A stretch of 64,000 bases of DNA from the human T2T-CHM13v2.0 reference genome, Homo sapiens, in assembly GCF_009914755.1 (NCBI RefSeq), contig NC_060942.1. One strand, given 5' to 3'. Under the pieces are notes generated by a model. It worked only from the letters and a program-made list of their open reading frames with translations. It made no database searches and was not told the origin of the DNA. A program made the translations under genes and the position numbers. This document shows, piece after piece, positions 1-13,818 of the stretch. The stretch's first letter is position 1. Each line of letters starts with the position of its first letter.

Positions 1-1044
1 TAACATTATATATCTAGAATGGGTTAAAATGGATTTCTCACCTTGAGGATAAACATTTATGACTTTATTTTCAGTAGAGTAGTAAAATAAGGACAAGGTA
101 GAAATAAGGAGGCTTGGTTTCACTCCTGCCTGCACCTCTAAATTGTTCTGCAAACTTTTCTGGGTCACTGTGCTTCCTGGCCTCAGTTCCCTATCTGTGG
201 AATGAAGAAGGTGTCCTTGATGTAATTCCAAATCTAACATTCCATAACTGTAAGATGACATCCCTAGTCCTTTTATATAATTGTTATAACTATTAAAGAA
301 TAAAAGTACAGAACAGTAAACTTCTAAAAACACTGCTTCTACAGATGAACTATGGAAATACCTCATTAGTGACACTTTAAAACAATCTGCACTGTACTAA
401 GAAAATAGTACTTTGCACTATCTGTAGACATAGCAACTAACAGGATGTCTGCCACATAGCACCAGCTGAATACATTCTTGATAAATGAGTAAATGATTGT
501 TATGTGAATGCATGTTTCCATTCCTGTCATTATCCCACAACAACTCCAAAGGGAATACAATAAATTCTGTCCAATGAATGAGCCCATGTCTCAGATATTT
601 TACCTTCATCTATTTACTAATCTACCTCACAAAAAATGATATCCTTGTGGAAAGTATTTCAATAGAGAAATAATATCCAACTGTGATCTAAGTATTTTAA
701 TTAAGCCAACATGTAGTTTAAATTGTTGAGTTGCTGATTAGAGCAATCTTTTTTACTTGTTTTGGAGTGAAAGTGCTTTCAAAATGCTTCCATGAGAATT
801 GGAGGGCTGCAGACATATGGCCTTATGTGGTGAAATCCAGTTCTTGTTCTTAGACTCAGCAGAGTACAGTTTTTAAAGGGATTTGATGTTTGACATTTCA
901 GTGGGTTCAGCATAAATGCAGATGGTTGGGGCCCATCTTATGCCTAAAGGTGTTCCTACATGTCTTTTAATGCCTTTACTTTGAAGCTGACCTGATGTCT
1001 TCTCGCTGGCCTTGTGAGATGGGATTTGCTGTCTCCACAATCTC

Positions 1045-1175
1045 AGTTTTGAGTCCCAGCTCCACTACTGATTGGATGTATTTTCTTATCTATAAAATGT
1101 GGATAACCACAGGTGATTATTATATGAGGTTATACCAGTAAACTGCTTAGCATGGTACTTAACATATACTAATGA
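1045..1175 (+). mobile_element. MIR SINE fragment
   Basis: 'ttttgagtcccagctccactact...ttatctataaaatgtggataa...tatgaggttata...gcttagcatggtac' follows the MIR core consensus. Confidence 0.6.
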
Positions 1176-2686
1176 TTTCTATGAATATGTTTGCACAACT
1201 TACTGTGATTATGGTAAAGCATATCATTAAATCCTTGGAATTATTTTTTAATTTATGAAATAACTTTAGATGATTACTAAAAGTTCTGATTTTGAAATTT
1301 TGGAAGTCTACATCTCCTCTTTTATAAACTGATATAACATCAAGTAGATTTTTGTGACTAAGATGTAATTATTTCCACTGTATTTTCAAATATCCAACTG
1401 GAAAGATCACTGAGAAGTATTGCCCAAGTAAGCTGGATATCCCAAAAACTGTGAGCCAAAAAATAATATAGAGATAAGTATCTTGTAGTTGAATACTGAC
1501 TAAAGAAATTATAACATATCAGTGTACTTAAAACACTGTAGAGAAGTAGAGAAGCTAAAAATGAACTGCTCCATGTGTGAATTCTATTGCTACTTGGAAA
1601 TGCGTCTAAGAAACATTACCTGAAAAGAGCAAAATATCAAGGACTCTGAACCACCACTGTCCACAGTGGGCTGTCATGCCAAGTGTAGTTTATGCATCTC
1701 TCCACAGCTGCATTGTTGCCTACAGCCCCACAAGGTGCCTCCATGCTCCGTGGCAGCCGGAAATAGCAATGTCTTCAATCACACGCCTATAAAAGCAAGG
1801 CGACTAAGAGTTCAGACCCCTCAGGGCTAAAGGCCTGGATTATCCAATTGGTCAGACCGGCTGAAATGTTGGTTAGTAGTGAAGAATCTTGAATGGGCAG
1901 TAAAGAAAGAAAATGATAAATACTAATTAGGATCCCAGGACCAGCTGCATGAGGAGAGCCCGTAGCTTGGCTTACAGACCCCCTTTCAATCTTTACAAGA
2001 GACTGCAAATGACCCTCTCCACTTTCTGGGAAAAAGTGAAGTCATCTTATTCTCTGGCCATTTAGTTTGTAAAGAACAGAGATGTGCCAGGTTGCTCAAA
2101 TCAATTCTCCAAATGTGGTACTCAAATAGCAGCACATTTTCTTAGTGGATCTGTTCCCTTGATGACAGGCTTCCCCCCATTAAAATAAACCTATTATAGA
2201 CTGAAGTATGAAAATCAGGTACATTTTTGAGATCCTAAGAAAAAGTGAAGGGAATCTCATGCTTGCTGCCTGCAGCTCCAGCCTGGATCTCCAGATCTCC
2301 AAGGCTCCCCATCTCGACTATCAGACTGTGGGACACTTTCATTGGAAATTCTGAGAAGCACAGCCTTAGGTGTTGGAGGTTTATGATAATGAAGAAAGAA
2401 AACTCAGAGGACATCTCTGAAACTACACAGCCAGGCCTAGTGGAGAAATGAAGTAGGCTCCGTACTGTCTGAGCCCCACACAGCTCATGGTCTCTCCCCA
2501 TCTTACTGGACCATGAGGACCCTTCATCAGCAGATGCCCACGACTGCCCCTCCACTGATGCCATTATTGCCATGATGCAGCTTCTCTGTCTCTGCCCCCT
2601 CCTCCATCCAAGTCTTTCCCTTCTCCCTCTTATGATACAACCCCTTTGTTTTTACTGATTGATCTTATGACACATCCCTTTTATTT

Positions 2687-2852
2687 TTACCAGTTGACTC
2701 ATCTGACATTTTTTCAATGTAAAACATTGAAAAAAATTGGATAAAATATGTCCCTGCCATTGGATTACACATTAATTTCTGAAGTCAATCTTCCTGAGGT
2801 TACCGAGAATCTTTTATGACATTGAAAAAATGTCAGATGTGTCAACTGATAA
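2687..2852. repeat. 34-bp inverted repeat pair enclosing a 76-bp copy of 5004-5079
   Basis: 2687-2720 (ttaccagttgactcatctgacattttttcaatgt) is the reverse complement of 2819-2852 with 2 mismatches; the inner 2737-2812 matches 5004-5079 at about 88%. Confidence 0.9.
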
Positions 2853-3129
2853 CTACTCAATATGCAACCTCACCACAGAACGGCTGAAGCACCTTGTAAA
2901 CAAATTACATCTCATATTCGGCCACTGTTGGTTAATGCCCCAAGCTGGGCCAGTCAGTTTGAGGCAATGCACCTGGCCTTTGTGAGTGTGCAGCTTGTCT
3001 TGAGAAAAGACATTGGGCGTACATAAGATTCCCAAAAGTTCTCATGACTTGCAGACATGTCAACAGCATTGCTCTAGTGAAGAGTGCTTTAGAGAAGAGA
3101 GAGGCTTGTAACACCAGCTGCCATCTGCA

Positions 3130-3225
3130 CTGGTGCCGCGCCAGGCACTGTGCTGAGAACTTTACAGCCATGATCTCATTTAATTCCTCTTAAACATCCA
3201 AGTTGAAGTTGTGTCCTATTTTATA
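3130..3225 (-). mobile_element. MIR fragment
   Basis: 'gccaggcactgtgctgagaactttaca...atctcatttaattcctc' is the reverse-strand MIR 3' end. Confidence 0.7.
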
Positions 3226-4280
3226 TCATAAATGTCATTATATCAAAAAATATATTTTTCCTGTGCAACATATATGTTGTGCATATTCCAGTACATAAAC
3301 TTTTAACAGCTTGCATAGCATCCTCAGATTTCAATATGATTTTTAAATACCCCACTCAGAAGAAATTTAATGTTTCTTTCATCATACTCTGAGTCAGCTT
3401 AAATCACTATGTTTTTAATTATTCCACTTTCACGGAAAAATACAAAGTGATGAAAATTGCCTTTCTAAATATTTCTTCCATTGAAGAACAATTCTCAGGT
3501 TTCTATTCTTCTAGAATTCAAAGAGTTTTCAGTATTTAGGAGTATTTGCCCCTTTGCTGCAAAATTCATCCTCTTCAATAATTTTTTTTAAGTGAGCACA
3601 AAATGCAACAATGGTAGGGTTAATTGATTTTGATAGACCCACCAAAAATCATCAGCAAACATTTATGACTTTCCATTGAAGACAATTCCATCAACGTGTT
3701 GTTTCCAAGCATCTTTGAAATACCCAGTGATCCCTCCAGTAGAATCTCTTATGAGACATAAAAACTACTGGCACAGAGAATAATTCAGTTTTACTTCTAT
3801 CAATGAGTATTATCTAATGTTGCTTAGAGGTTTTATGAAACCAGGGAATCATCCATTCCCATCTATGTTTATTCCTGAAAATTGCGGCCTTGGTGTTATA
3901 CAGAGACCACGATTGCACAAAGAAGGCCTCAGGGGAGCAAACATGACCTCATCCTGTGAGGGAGAGCCACAGCTCACTGCCACATGCACAGAGGATTAAA
4001 AGGCAAGTGGGGAGACAAAATACTGTGATTAAAAAAAAAAGTACAAAAAATTAGCTCATCCAATGATGAAGACAAGACAGCAAATGCCAAATTAGCTTAA
4101 TTGAGCATGCAAAATTAGATGTTCACCTTGATGAACATAATTATTACAATTTCAAAACTGCAAATGACCTCAGGAAAAAAACCTAGGACAGCCTCATTCC
4201 CAATTGAAAACAAACAAAAAAACAAAACAACAACAACAACAAAAAAAAGCAGAGTTACCCCCAGTATAATGCAGAGCTGG

Positions 4281-4620
4281 TGATACGGTTTGGCTGTGTC
4301 GCCACCCAAATCTCACCTTGAATTTTAGTAATCCCCAGGAGTCAAGGGTGGGACCGGGGGAGATAATTGAATCATGGAGTTGATTCTTGTGGTAGTGAAT
4401 AAGTCTCACAAGATCTGATGGTTTTATAAATTGTGTCCCCTGCACAAGCTGTCTTGCCTGCCGCCATATAAGGCGTGCCTTTGCTTTTCCCCTCGACTTC
4501 TGCCATGACTGTGAGGCCTCCCTAGTCATGTGGAACTCTGAGTCCATTAAACCTCTTTCCTTTATAAATTACCTGATCTTGGGTACATCTTTATTAGCAG
4601 CATGAGAACAGACTAATATG
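4281..4620 (+). mobile_element. THE1C-like MaLR solo LTR
   Basis: Starts tgatacggtttggctgtgtc, ends ttattagcagcatgagaacagactaata; 5-bp TSD GCTGG at 4276-4280 and 4621-4625. Confidence 0.9.
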
Positions 4621-5003
4621 GCTGGCAATAGAATGGACAAGACCCTCACTTGCACCTTTCTGCCTTCATGGGCAAAACCCACAGCACTCACACTTTCATA
4701 GATTCTGGCAATTATATCCTAGCCCTGCAGCTTTAGAGATGCAAGAGCTGCACCTCTGATCACCTGGCCTGCTTTTGAATTTTGGCTGCAAAGACTAACA
4801 CTCAGGGCTTCTGACTGCTTTTCTTTTCGCCCACACGTAAACTTGCTACGTTTCTTCCCCACCCCATTGTTTGTCCAGAAAGCTACAAATCTTTCCAGAA
4901 ATATCCATATGGCATATCTCTGAAATCAGTCAGCCAGAGGTCAGTATGTATCTGTGCTTTAAACTTTATGATTAGTGCCCTAAAAATATTGTTATAGTCT
5001 GCA

Positions 5004-6380
5004 TTGGGTAAAACGTGCCCCTGCCCTTGGATTTCACATTAATTTCTGAAGTTAATCTTCCTGAAGTTACTGAGAATCTCTGTGTTGCTAAATCCAGTGG
5101 AATTTCTTCCCTCCTCATCTTACTGGACCATCTGTAGCTTTTGGCACCATTGACTATTATTCTCTCTCCTTGAAATACCACCTTCCTTTGGTTTCCAGGA
5201 AACTATATTCTCTTGGTTTTCCTCCTGCATGTCCCTCTCAATCTTCCTTGCTGGCTCATCCTCCTCCACCCAGTCATTAAATGTTGTAATTTCTCAAAGT
5301 TCATTTATAGTTCATTCCTTTCACACTCTATCAATACCCATGGCCATACAGAGACTCCCAAATTCCTTTGTCCAATCTTGATTACTCTTCTGAGATCCAG
5401 AGCTATATAGCTAGATGGATGTCTTTCTAGCTGTCTCTATTGGGATATCAGAAAGACACACTTCAACACTATATGCTTCTGAATTCGTAACATTTCCCAC
5501 AATAACAACCTTAGTCTGCTTCCAGTGGTTCCTCTCTGAGTAAAACCAGCATCCACCATTTGGAGATGCTTCAACGCTGGCAGTCAATCCAGTCTTTCTC
5601 TCTCTCACTGTGTGTAAATTGTCTCTCTCCCAGTCAAGGGAGATTTTCCTTCCTAGGTTTCTCTGTCTCCATCCTCACCACCACCCTCATCCTAGAAACC
5701 ATGCCTGCCCATGCCGCAACCTCTTGATTTGTCTCCATACATCTGGCCTGTCCATCTGCGTTTGTTCTCCACATGGTGAACAGAAAGTTCTTTACAAAAT
5801 GCAAACCTGATTTTACCACCCTTTGCCTAAAATCCTTCCGCAGCTTACCCCAACTCCAGGTATAAAGCCCATAGGCTCTTCGTGGTCTTCTCCTGCCTAA
5901 GTCATTCACTCCATCTGCACCCTACTCCCCCCACCCCAGGATGCCCAAGCACCGGCGACACCCAGTGCTTTCAGCTCATCAGACAAACCATTCCTTTCCC
6001 CACCTCTGCCACCTCCACCAGGCCTTGAAGACATTTTCCCTCTACTCAGAAGGTACTCCTCATCCTTCGGCAAGTTCAACCCTATTTCTCCTTCAGATCT
6101 CAGCTGAAACATGACCCCTCCAGAAAGGCTTTCCTGAGTGTCCCGTCTAGCTCAGCCCCTCACCACGCTTCCCGGCTCTCGGCCTCTCCTGGAAGCGCTG
6201 GCCACTGCTGGGCTTCCGCACTTCCTCTGTGTGTATGTGACTGCATGTTCCGAGGCTCCACATCTTTGGGCTTAGGAACCACTTCAGGTTTCATTGTTTT
6301 CTGTACAAATCACGGTGTGTAGCCAGGACCTGGCATATAGCAGGCACTTGATAAATATTCACTAATATCAGTCAATGATT
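5004..6380 (+). mobile_element. L2 LINE, 3' portion
   Basis: L2 motifs 'gttgctaaatccagtgg...ctcatcttact', 'tttacaaaatgcaaacctgat' and 3' end 'cctggcatatagcaggcacttgataaatatt'. Confidence 0.8.
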
Positions 6381-7639
6381 TCACCCTTTTTATGCAAACT
6401 TTTGCAACAGGCTGGATTATTCAGGAGGGATAGTATATTCTTGAGTTATCAGTCAAGTAGATTCCCTCTCCTCCCCTGCCCTGTCCTCAACCAGCCTGAC
6501 TTCAGCAATTTCACTCATTATTTGTCTTCTAGAAGAGACAACTTGCCTCCTAGAGATAGATGAGAGGGCGACTTACTCTGCCTACTTACAGGTCATGCTA
6601 GAAACGTTTTTCTAGGAAAGGTACTGAAACCCTTAACAAAAATCAGTTTGTGGTTCATCAATTCACATTGTTTAAATGCCTCATGAGAATGGACAAGTGG
6701 AAGTAAGCTACAGCTATTTTTGTGACTCACCAAAACTAGAGGTCACAGCTGTGCCCCAGGGCAGTCCTGCCCAAAGCTACTTGCTTTCAACCTCACATGA
6801 GTCACCCTGTGCGGCTGGAAAGAGCAAAGTCTTGACGGAGATTCCATTTTTTTTTTTTCTGGCCGAATGACTAATAAAAGATCACCTTGTCAAATTTAGC
6901 CTTAGCAACAGGCAGTAAATTTGTAAGTGTACTGTTGAATTAAGTTCCTGCTCTTAAATTTGAAAGGATAGATTTGTCACCTTAAAAAAAAAAGATTTTA
7001 ATTTTAAAAACAAGTGATTCTCTTTATCCTCTGTAAAGATTCCTGGCAAGTTATCTTTGCCAGGGCAAAAAATAGAGGCCTGGAGGCTTTCATGTATTTT
7101 CTAAAGGTGAGCAGGTCACCGGTCAAAAGTTCTTCACTATAGACAAAGGGATGGTGTATTTACTATTGCTTATACAGATAGTTGTGTTTAAACTGGTTGG
7201 CCTTTAAATATTTGACCCCAAGAAGAGGGCATCTTTTCTTTATCAGGCTAAAAGTTTTTAAACGTAGAAAAATCAAATAAAGAAAACGGAAATTTTCAAA
7301 GATTAGAAGGGATCCAGATTTAGCCACAGTGAAATTGCTCAGCACAGGGGACATCTAAGAAAGCATACTATACTAAAAAAAATTCTTCATTATTACTATC
7401 ATTCCCATATTTGAAGTTTGTCCATAAATGCAAACCACAAATATAGAACATTGCATCACAAAGATGTTCTTCATAGCCTAAGAAAGTAGAGCTGCTGGAC
7501 TTCTCTTCATTATCAAGATTTACCATTACAGGCTTTACACTTTTAAATTTGTTTGTATCCGTTTTACCAATGAGGAAATTGACAGCCAGAGAAGTTAATT
7601 AATTTGTTTAGTGGTTCCCAGAGTACAAAGAGCATAAAA

Positions 7640-7895
7640 AGCTGAGCAGGCACCATGGTGCTTAGGAGTGTGGACTCTAAAGACATGCTGCATGTGTTTA
7701 CATCCCTGCTCCATCATCCACTGTGTGACTGCAGGCAAGTCCAATGGCTACTCTAAGCCTTGGCTTCCTTGGCTATGAAACACAGATGATAATACTGAGC
7801 TCGTACCATCATTTTACATTCTAAGTGAGATCATGCATAGCAAGCAGTCGAAACAGTGCCTGGCACATCGTAAGCTCTTAAAAGCTTTAGCTGTG
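7640..7895 (+). mobile_element. MIR SINE
   Basis: 'ggagtgtggactcta...ctgtgtgactgcaggcaagt...cagtgcctggcacatcgtaagctctt'. Confidence 0.75.
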
Positions 7896-7899
7896 TTTT

Positions 7900-8035
7900 A
7901 AAATCACCTGGAGAGCTCACTAAAGATTAGGATACCTGGGAACCTCCTCAAGAGATCATGATTCACTAGATCTGGGCAAGAACCTAGGAATCTGCATTTT
8001 GATAAACACTGCCAGTGAGTTGGAAAACCACTATT
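7900..8035. mobile_element. MER5-like hAT-Charlie MITE
   Basis: 'aaatcacctggagagct...aggaatctgcattttgataa...gagttggaaaaccact'. Confidence 0.65.
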
Positions 8036-10214
8036 AGTGCAGCCAGATGTACCTAATTCCAAAGTTAATGTTGCCTCATCAGGAAGCAAATTCTTCAGTC
8101 CCTTCCCATTTTGTATTGGTATTCCTGTGATTTTTCAAATGGGCCAAGTGTTACTTCAATTTAACACCTTCCTAAGTAACACCTCGTCTACATTGCTTTG
8201 GGAAAAAAATCACTTTTTTTTGCCTCTTAGATGCTCTCTTAAGTCACAATATTTTCCATGATGTTGCTCTTCATTTTTAGAGTCCCATGGACCTGCCACG
8301 ACCAGGCCCTTATGTCCTTCCATCGTGTAGCATCAAGGACTTGACTCGTGTCCTCTCTAGGCTATAACCCAGTCTCCAAAGCCAAGCCCGTGTGACCAGA
8401 GACAGCTGAGTGTTCAGGGGTAGCTGTGTTTCAGGCCAACTCCAATTTGGTGTTTTTGTTTCCATCCCCAAACCAGGGGGCCTGCAAGCCCCACATATCA
8501 AACAACTGGTTTGTGGAATTGGCTGTTATTACAGGGAGATAACTGAGCTGCCTCCTGAAATCTGAGGTTCTTAAACCAATTGGGTATCATATATACCCAG
8601 TGCTTTCTGGAAAAGTAAAGTGTACAACTCAATTTTCACCATGTTGTTTTGGAGAGCAGACCTCAGAAACCAAAGGCAAACACTCAACATTCCAATCCAA
8701 CTCCATCGTCTTCCATGACATGGGCAGTGAAGTCACATTTGGTTAGGGCTTTAGTTGCTCTCCAGGAATGATGAACTTAGCTTGATAACAGATGTTCTAA
8801 GAAGCTAACAAAAGCTACCAAGCAAATAATTTTTTTCTAGTATCACTGTATGCAGCTTTTTCAAAATGACCAAGTGATCTGACAATAGAAGGAAAAAGCA
8901 ATAGGGTGATTCCATATTGTAAGCCAGATATTCAATTTGAACCAAGCTCTTTGAAGCCCTCAGTAGCTAAGTAATTAGTCTTTTTCTAAATTCTTATAAA
9001 ATTTCAAGACCATGAAACACTATGGAAGATGTCAGAACAGCAAGCAGCCTCAAAGTGCTGTAGATGGGATAATTGGAAAATAAGAAATAAGAATTCACTA
9101 ATCTTTTCTCTAATTTATAGTAAATTCAATTGTGTTTACATATTGGAAGACTTGTACTTTTTTCTGTTAGTAAAATATACCCCAAATGTTTCAGGATCTC
9201 CTGCTCAAAGAACCTAGAGTATGCTTAAGTACTTTGTGTTAAACAGTACCATGGTGGGTTTTTTTCTCTATCATTTCAGTAAATCCAGCCATTGCACCTG
9301 TGCACAGGTGTGAAGAGAAAGATCAATAAGTGAGACTTCTTTCCCAAGGGCCCTTCCCCTCCTCACCAGTTAAACCCAACAGCTGAGGAACTGTCAGCCT
9401 GTACTGAGCCTTTCTATCAAAGAAAGGATAGAAAGTTATTAAAAAGTGGTAAATATGGAGGTTAGGAAGCTATGTAAAGAAGGATGCATAAGATAATGTG
9501 AAATGAGAAAAAGCGGAATAAGAAAATGAATAGTTACTGATTAAAACGATGTTAAAAACCATACAGCATGCACAGTTACTGTCAGGAGACCACAATTTGT
9601 GCTCTTAAGCTATTGGCTGGAATATGATCTGCAGCAAAAAAAAAATATATATATATAAACTTCAGTTCATTCTTATAAATCGGTCCAGTGAAAACAAGAG
9701 TACCAGTATATATAAAGATAAACACACACACCAAATATACATATACATATTACATATTACATTCTTGTAAAAAAAATTTTTAAATGACCTCTGAGCCAGA
9801 AGGTGCTGAAGAGCACATACATGGCTGTTATCTCGAGGTGGGATTGGGGGCAGAGGGTGTTTATTAACCTTTGTCACAGCCTTCAGTGGTCCAAGAACCT
9901 GCTGCTCCCGGGTCCTCTCATTTGAAGACACCCACCGCCTAAGGATGAAGAGAAGCTCCTTCTTGCAGATCTGAGGCTGATTTCCCAACTCCCAGGAACA
10001 CCCTACCCACAGCCTGTTCCCCAGACCCAGGTCTGTCCCCTTATGCCTGGTCCCAAGTCAAAACCAGCTGTTCCTATTTTAGAAGACAATACTACTTCTT
10101 CCCTTGCCTTGTATTACCAGTGGTCTAGGTTGTCTGAGGCTCCTCAGGGTACAGCCCTATTCATCTCTGTGTGTCTGCAATGCCAGGCATAGCACTTGTT
10201 ACAGAGTTTTTGTT

Positions 10215-10400
10215 CCATTGTACACAGGGACTTATAGAGTGCAATAATAGACACTGGTGAGATGGGGGTGAGGGTTGAAAAATTACCTATAGGGTACAAT
10301 GTTCACTATTCAAGCAACAGGTGCACTAAACACCCAGACTTCACTACTACACAATATATCCATGTAACACATCTGCACTATACCCCCAAGTCATAAATCT
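10215..10400 (+). mobile_element. L1MA-type 3' UTR fragment
   Basis: 'gtgagggttgaaaaattacctatagggtacaatgttcactatt...cccagacttcactactacacaatatatccatgtaaca'. Confidence 0.8.
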
Positions 10401-11452
10401 ATATGATACATACAAATTAAATATATATGTATCAAACTAAATACATGTATATATTTAAACACAGGAAACTGGAACTGATTATTTTACAAAACGAAGTTAC
10501 TCTTTATCTTCATGTGACTAATACCCTTCAATGGTGGAATTCTTAAAACATAACATTTTTACTTTCTACAGAAAGCACAGAAACACAGAAGTGTTTTTAA
10601 ATGATTAAAATATTTTATAGGAATGTACTCTTTAGTCCCAATATCAGTAGGGAAATGTTTCTATACAACAGTGAATTCATAGCATAGCATTACATGCAAA
10701 GGTTGAAAAGAATTAGGATAATCTACATGTACTAACATGAAAAGATCTTTAAATGTCATGTTGTCTGAAAACAAACTGTAGAAATATAAGTAGGGCCTTC
10801 TGTCATTTTTAACTAAGGTAAGTAAATCATGTATTCAGATGAATGAAAATAAGTTTACAGAGGTCTTGCATAATTTTAAGTTTTTAAAACAGCTCCCACA
10901 TACACATACATAAATCTGATCATCTCAATAAAAACACAGAGAGAAAGAGAGACATCCCGCTCTTATTCAACAGGAATTCTTGACCAAGACTACAAATGTA
11001 GCCCATTTGACATCGAAAACATTGGGACAGGTGTGAGAGTGAGGAAAATGGGGAGAAAAAAGAACTTTGAAGACAAGGATTTGAAGTTAGCATGAAGCAT
11101 GGAAAGGAGGAAGGGCAAGCTTTCTGCAGTGAGGACAGTGCCTGCCAGAGAAAACCAGATCCTGGGGAGGGGTTTCTCCAGAAAGAGAAAGTCAAAGCTG
11201 CAGGTAGGCTCTGGAGACAAGGAGCTCGCATGCAGTGAAGGTGGCGGCCACATTGAGAAATCACTCCAGGCTGAAGGACATGCACCAAAGGCGGGAGGGG
11301 TGGCACCATGGACAGAGCTTCGGATGGGTGCAGGTGGGGCTAAGAAGGCAGCATGGGGCAGATGCTGCAAGTATGGAAGCCAGGACACGAGCTTCCTTCC
11401 AACCACCAAAGGGCAACTCACAAGCAAAATTCTTTCCTAATGCTTCACCACG

Positions 11453-11746
11453 TTTTTTTTCTTTTTTAGACAGATCTCACTCTGTTGCCCAGGCTGGAGT
11501 GCAGTAGTGCAGTCACAGCTCACTGCAGCCTCAAACTCCTGGGCTGAAAGGATCCTGGCACCTCAGCCTCCTGAGTAGCTGGGACTACAGGTGTGCGCCA
11601 TCATACCCAGCTAATTTTTTTATTTTTTGCAGATACGGGGTCTCCCTATGTTGCTTAGGCTGGTCTTGAGCTCCTAGCCTCAAGTCATTCTCTTACCTTG
11701 GCCTCCCAAAGTGCTGGGATTACAGGTGTGAGCCATGGTGCCTGGC
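11453..11746 (-). mobile_element. AluJ
   Basis: Full dimeric Alu with poly-T on the left and J-type 'cagcctcaaactcctgggct'. Confidence 0.9.
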
Positions 11747-13489
11747 GACCTCACCATTTTTGCTGACTGAATCACTTGACTAACCTAACTATAGCTTGCT
11801 GCTGAAGATGCTGGCAACCTAGTAGACAATACGTCAAGATGTGAGGATGCTCCATAGTAATGTAATACCTTCCATTCAACCAAGGTTAAAAGTGTCAACT
11901 AAATGCTAATGTCTCCACCAACCACAGATGGGGTTTGCAGGAGCAATGGCTGTAGGGACACTAAGATTTCACCCTCCAGAAGACAGCATCTTCCTGTGCC
12001 ATGGCTAGATCACCAGCTACCCACAGACAGCCTGAACTCCAATTGTCTTCCTGCACATGTGCCTTTAAAGGTTTTACTGGCATTATTGCTTTTTTACTTC
12101 TGGTAATTGCTTTAAAAGAACAAAGCTCTTTGTTTAAGGGGGGCCCAGGGATCTTATAATTGCCACGAGGCACATGAGAGGTTTCTAGACTTTCTAAACA
12201 GTTTCTCTTTTAACATTAAATATTAAGTTCATAATGTTTGGCCAAGATGTAGATGCTCCCTAGGGAGGGGGAGGTGATGCTATCAGGAAGATCGTGTAGA
12301 CTGGTAAGAGATCCCTCCTGCATAGCTGACTTCAGAACCACAAAAAAGCGCACCTGAGGAGGGGTGCTGGCCACCCTGTGCCCATGCAACCACCATGTCT
12401 TGCCAGAAGCAGGGCACACTCTAGTCCCAGCTGCGTCAGGGGCTTCAGACTCATTAATACTATTTTCTACATTAAAATAAATGATGACGTATCTGTTCAC
12501 CTGCAATGAATCACATCAAGTCAGTTCTTAAATGAGTGTTTCCAGAATCCTTAGGGGCTCCAACCCAGCTAGTGCAGGGGCTCAATGACTTAACCCTTCT
12601 TTTCCCATGGTATATTTTTCCCCAGAATTTTCCAGCCGAACTAACAGTAATTTCAGTGACATTAAATACTGTTACAGGAACTTTTCAAATGTAGAGGAGC
12701 CTTTAGAAGGAAGCCTTGAGCATGAGGACAGACCCCCCTCATCCAACCACCACCTGACTCTGTGTGAACCTGGAACTGTTAGGTGAGCCCGTCGGCTTGA
12801 GTGGACAACCCAGGCTTGCAAAAGGGGAGACTGGGGAAAGCTTTGTCTTTCCCTTTCCGGGGGAAGACCCATTTTTAAAATTACAATGTCCTATTTTCAC
12901 AGAATGTCTGTGCTGTGATAAAAGGTCATCTCCCTACAATGTTATGATACAGACCTCAAACCTACAAACATGAGGAACTTCTGCCTCCAGGTTAACTGCT
13001 TACCCACTGTACAAGACACGTTACACACAGTCCAGGAGGCGGAGCTTCTGAGATATCTAGAAACAGCTTAGAGGCAAAATGACAAAATAAAGCAGCAACA
13101 ACAAATAAAACCAATCTTCTCGAACTGGCTCTCGCTTTGGTCTAACTAGTTATGCACTACTTGGATAACTATATCAAGTTCCCTTGAGTCGTCTTTTACT
13201 TTAAAATGTTATTGTAGGACTGACTCATCCATTCCTTATCATGCCCAGTGTACTGTTCATATCTCATAGTCAACTTGGTGCTAAAAGTAGTGACGAGCCA
13301 TTTACAATGCCAGAAATCAAATTTTGTATCAGTTAGAATCAGGTTTGTCTCCAAACAATAAATAATAATGAATGTGATAACTTGGATGAAATGGCCAAAT
13401 CTGTTAAGAAATGAGAACTACCAAAATTCACTAAAGAAAAATAAGTAACCTTGTATAGTCCTGTATCTATTTGAAAGCAGGAATTATAG

Positions 13490-13818
<329 letters not shown>

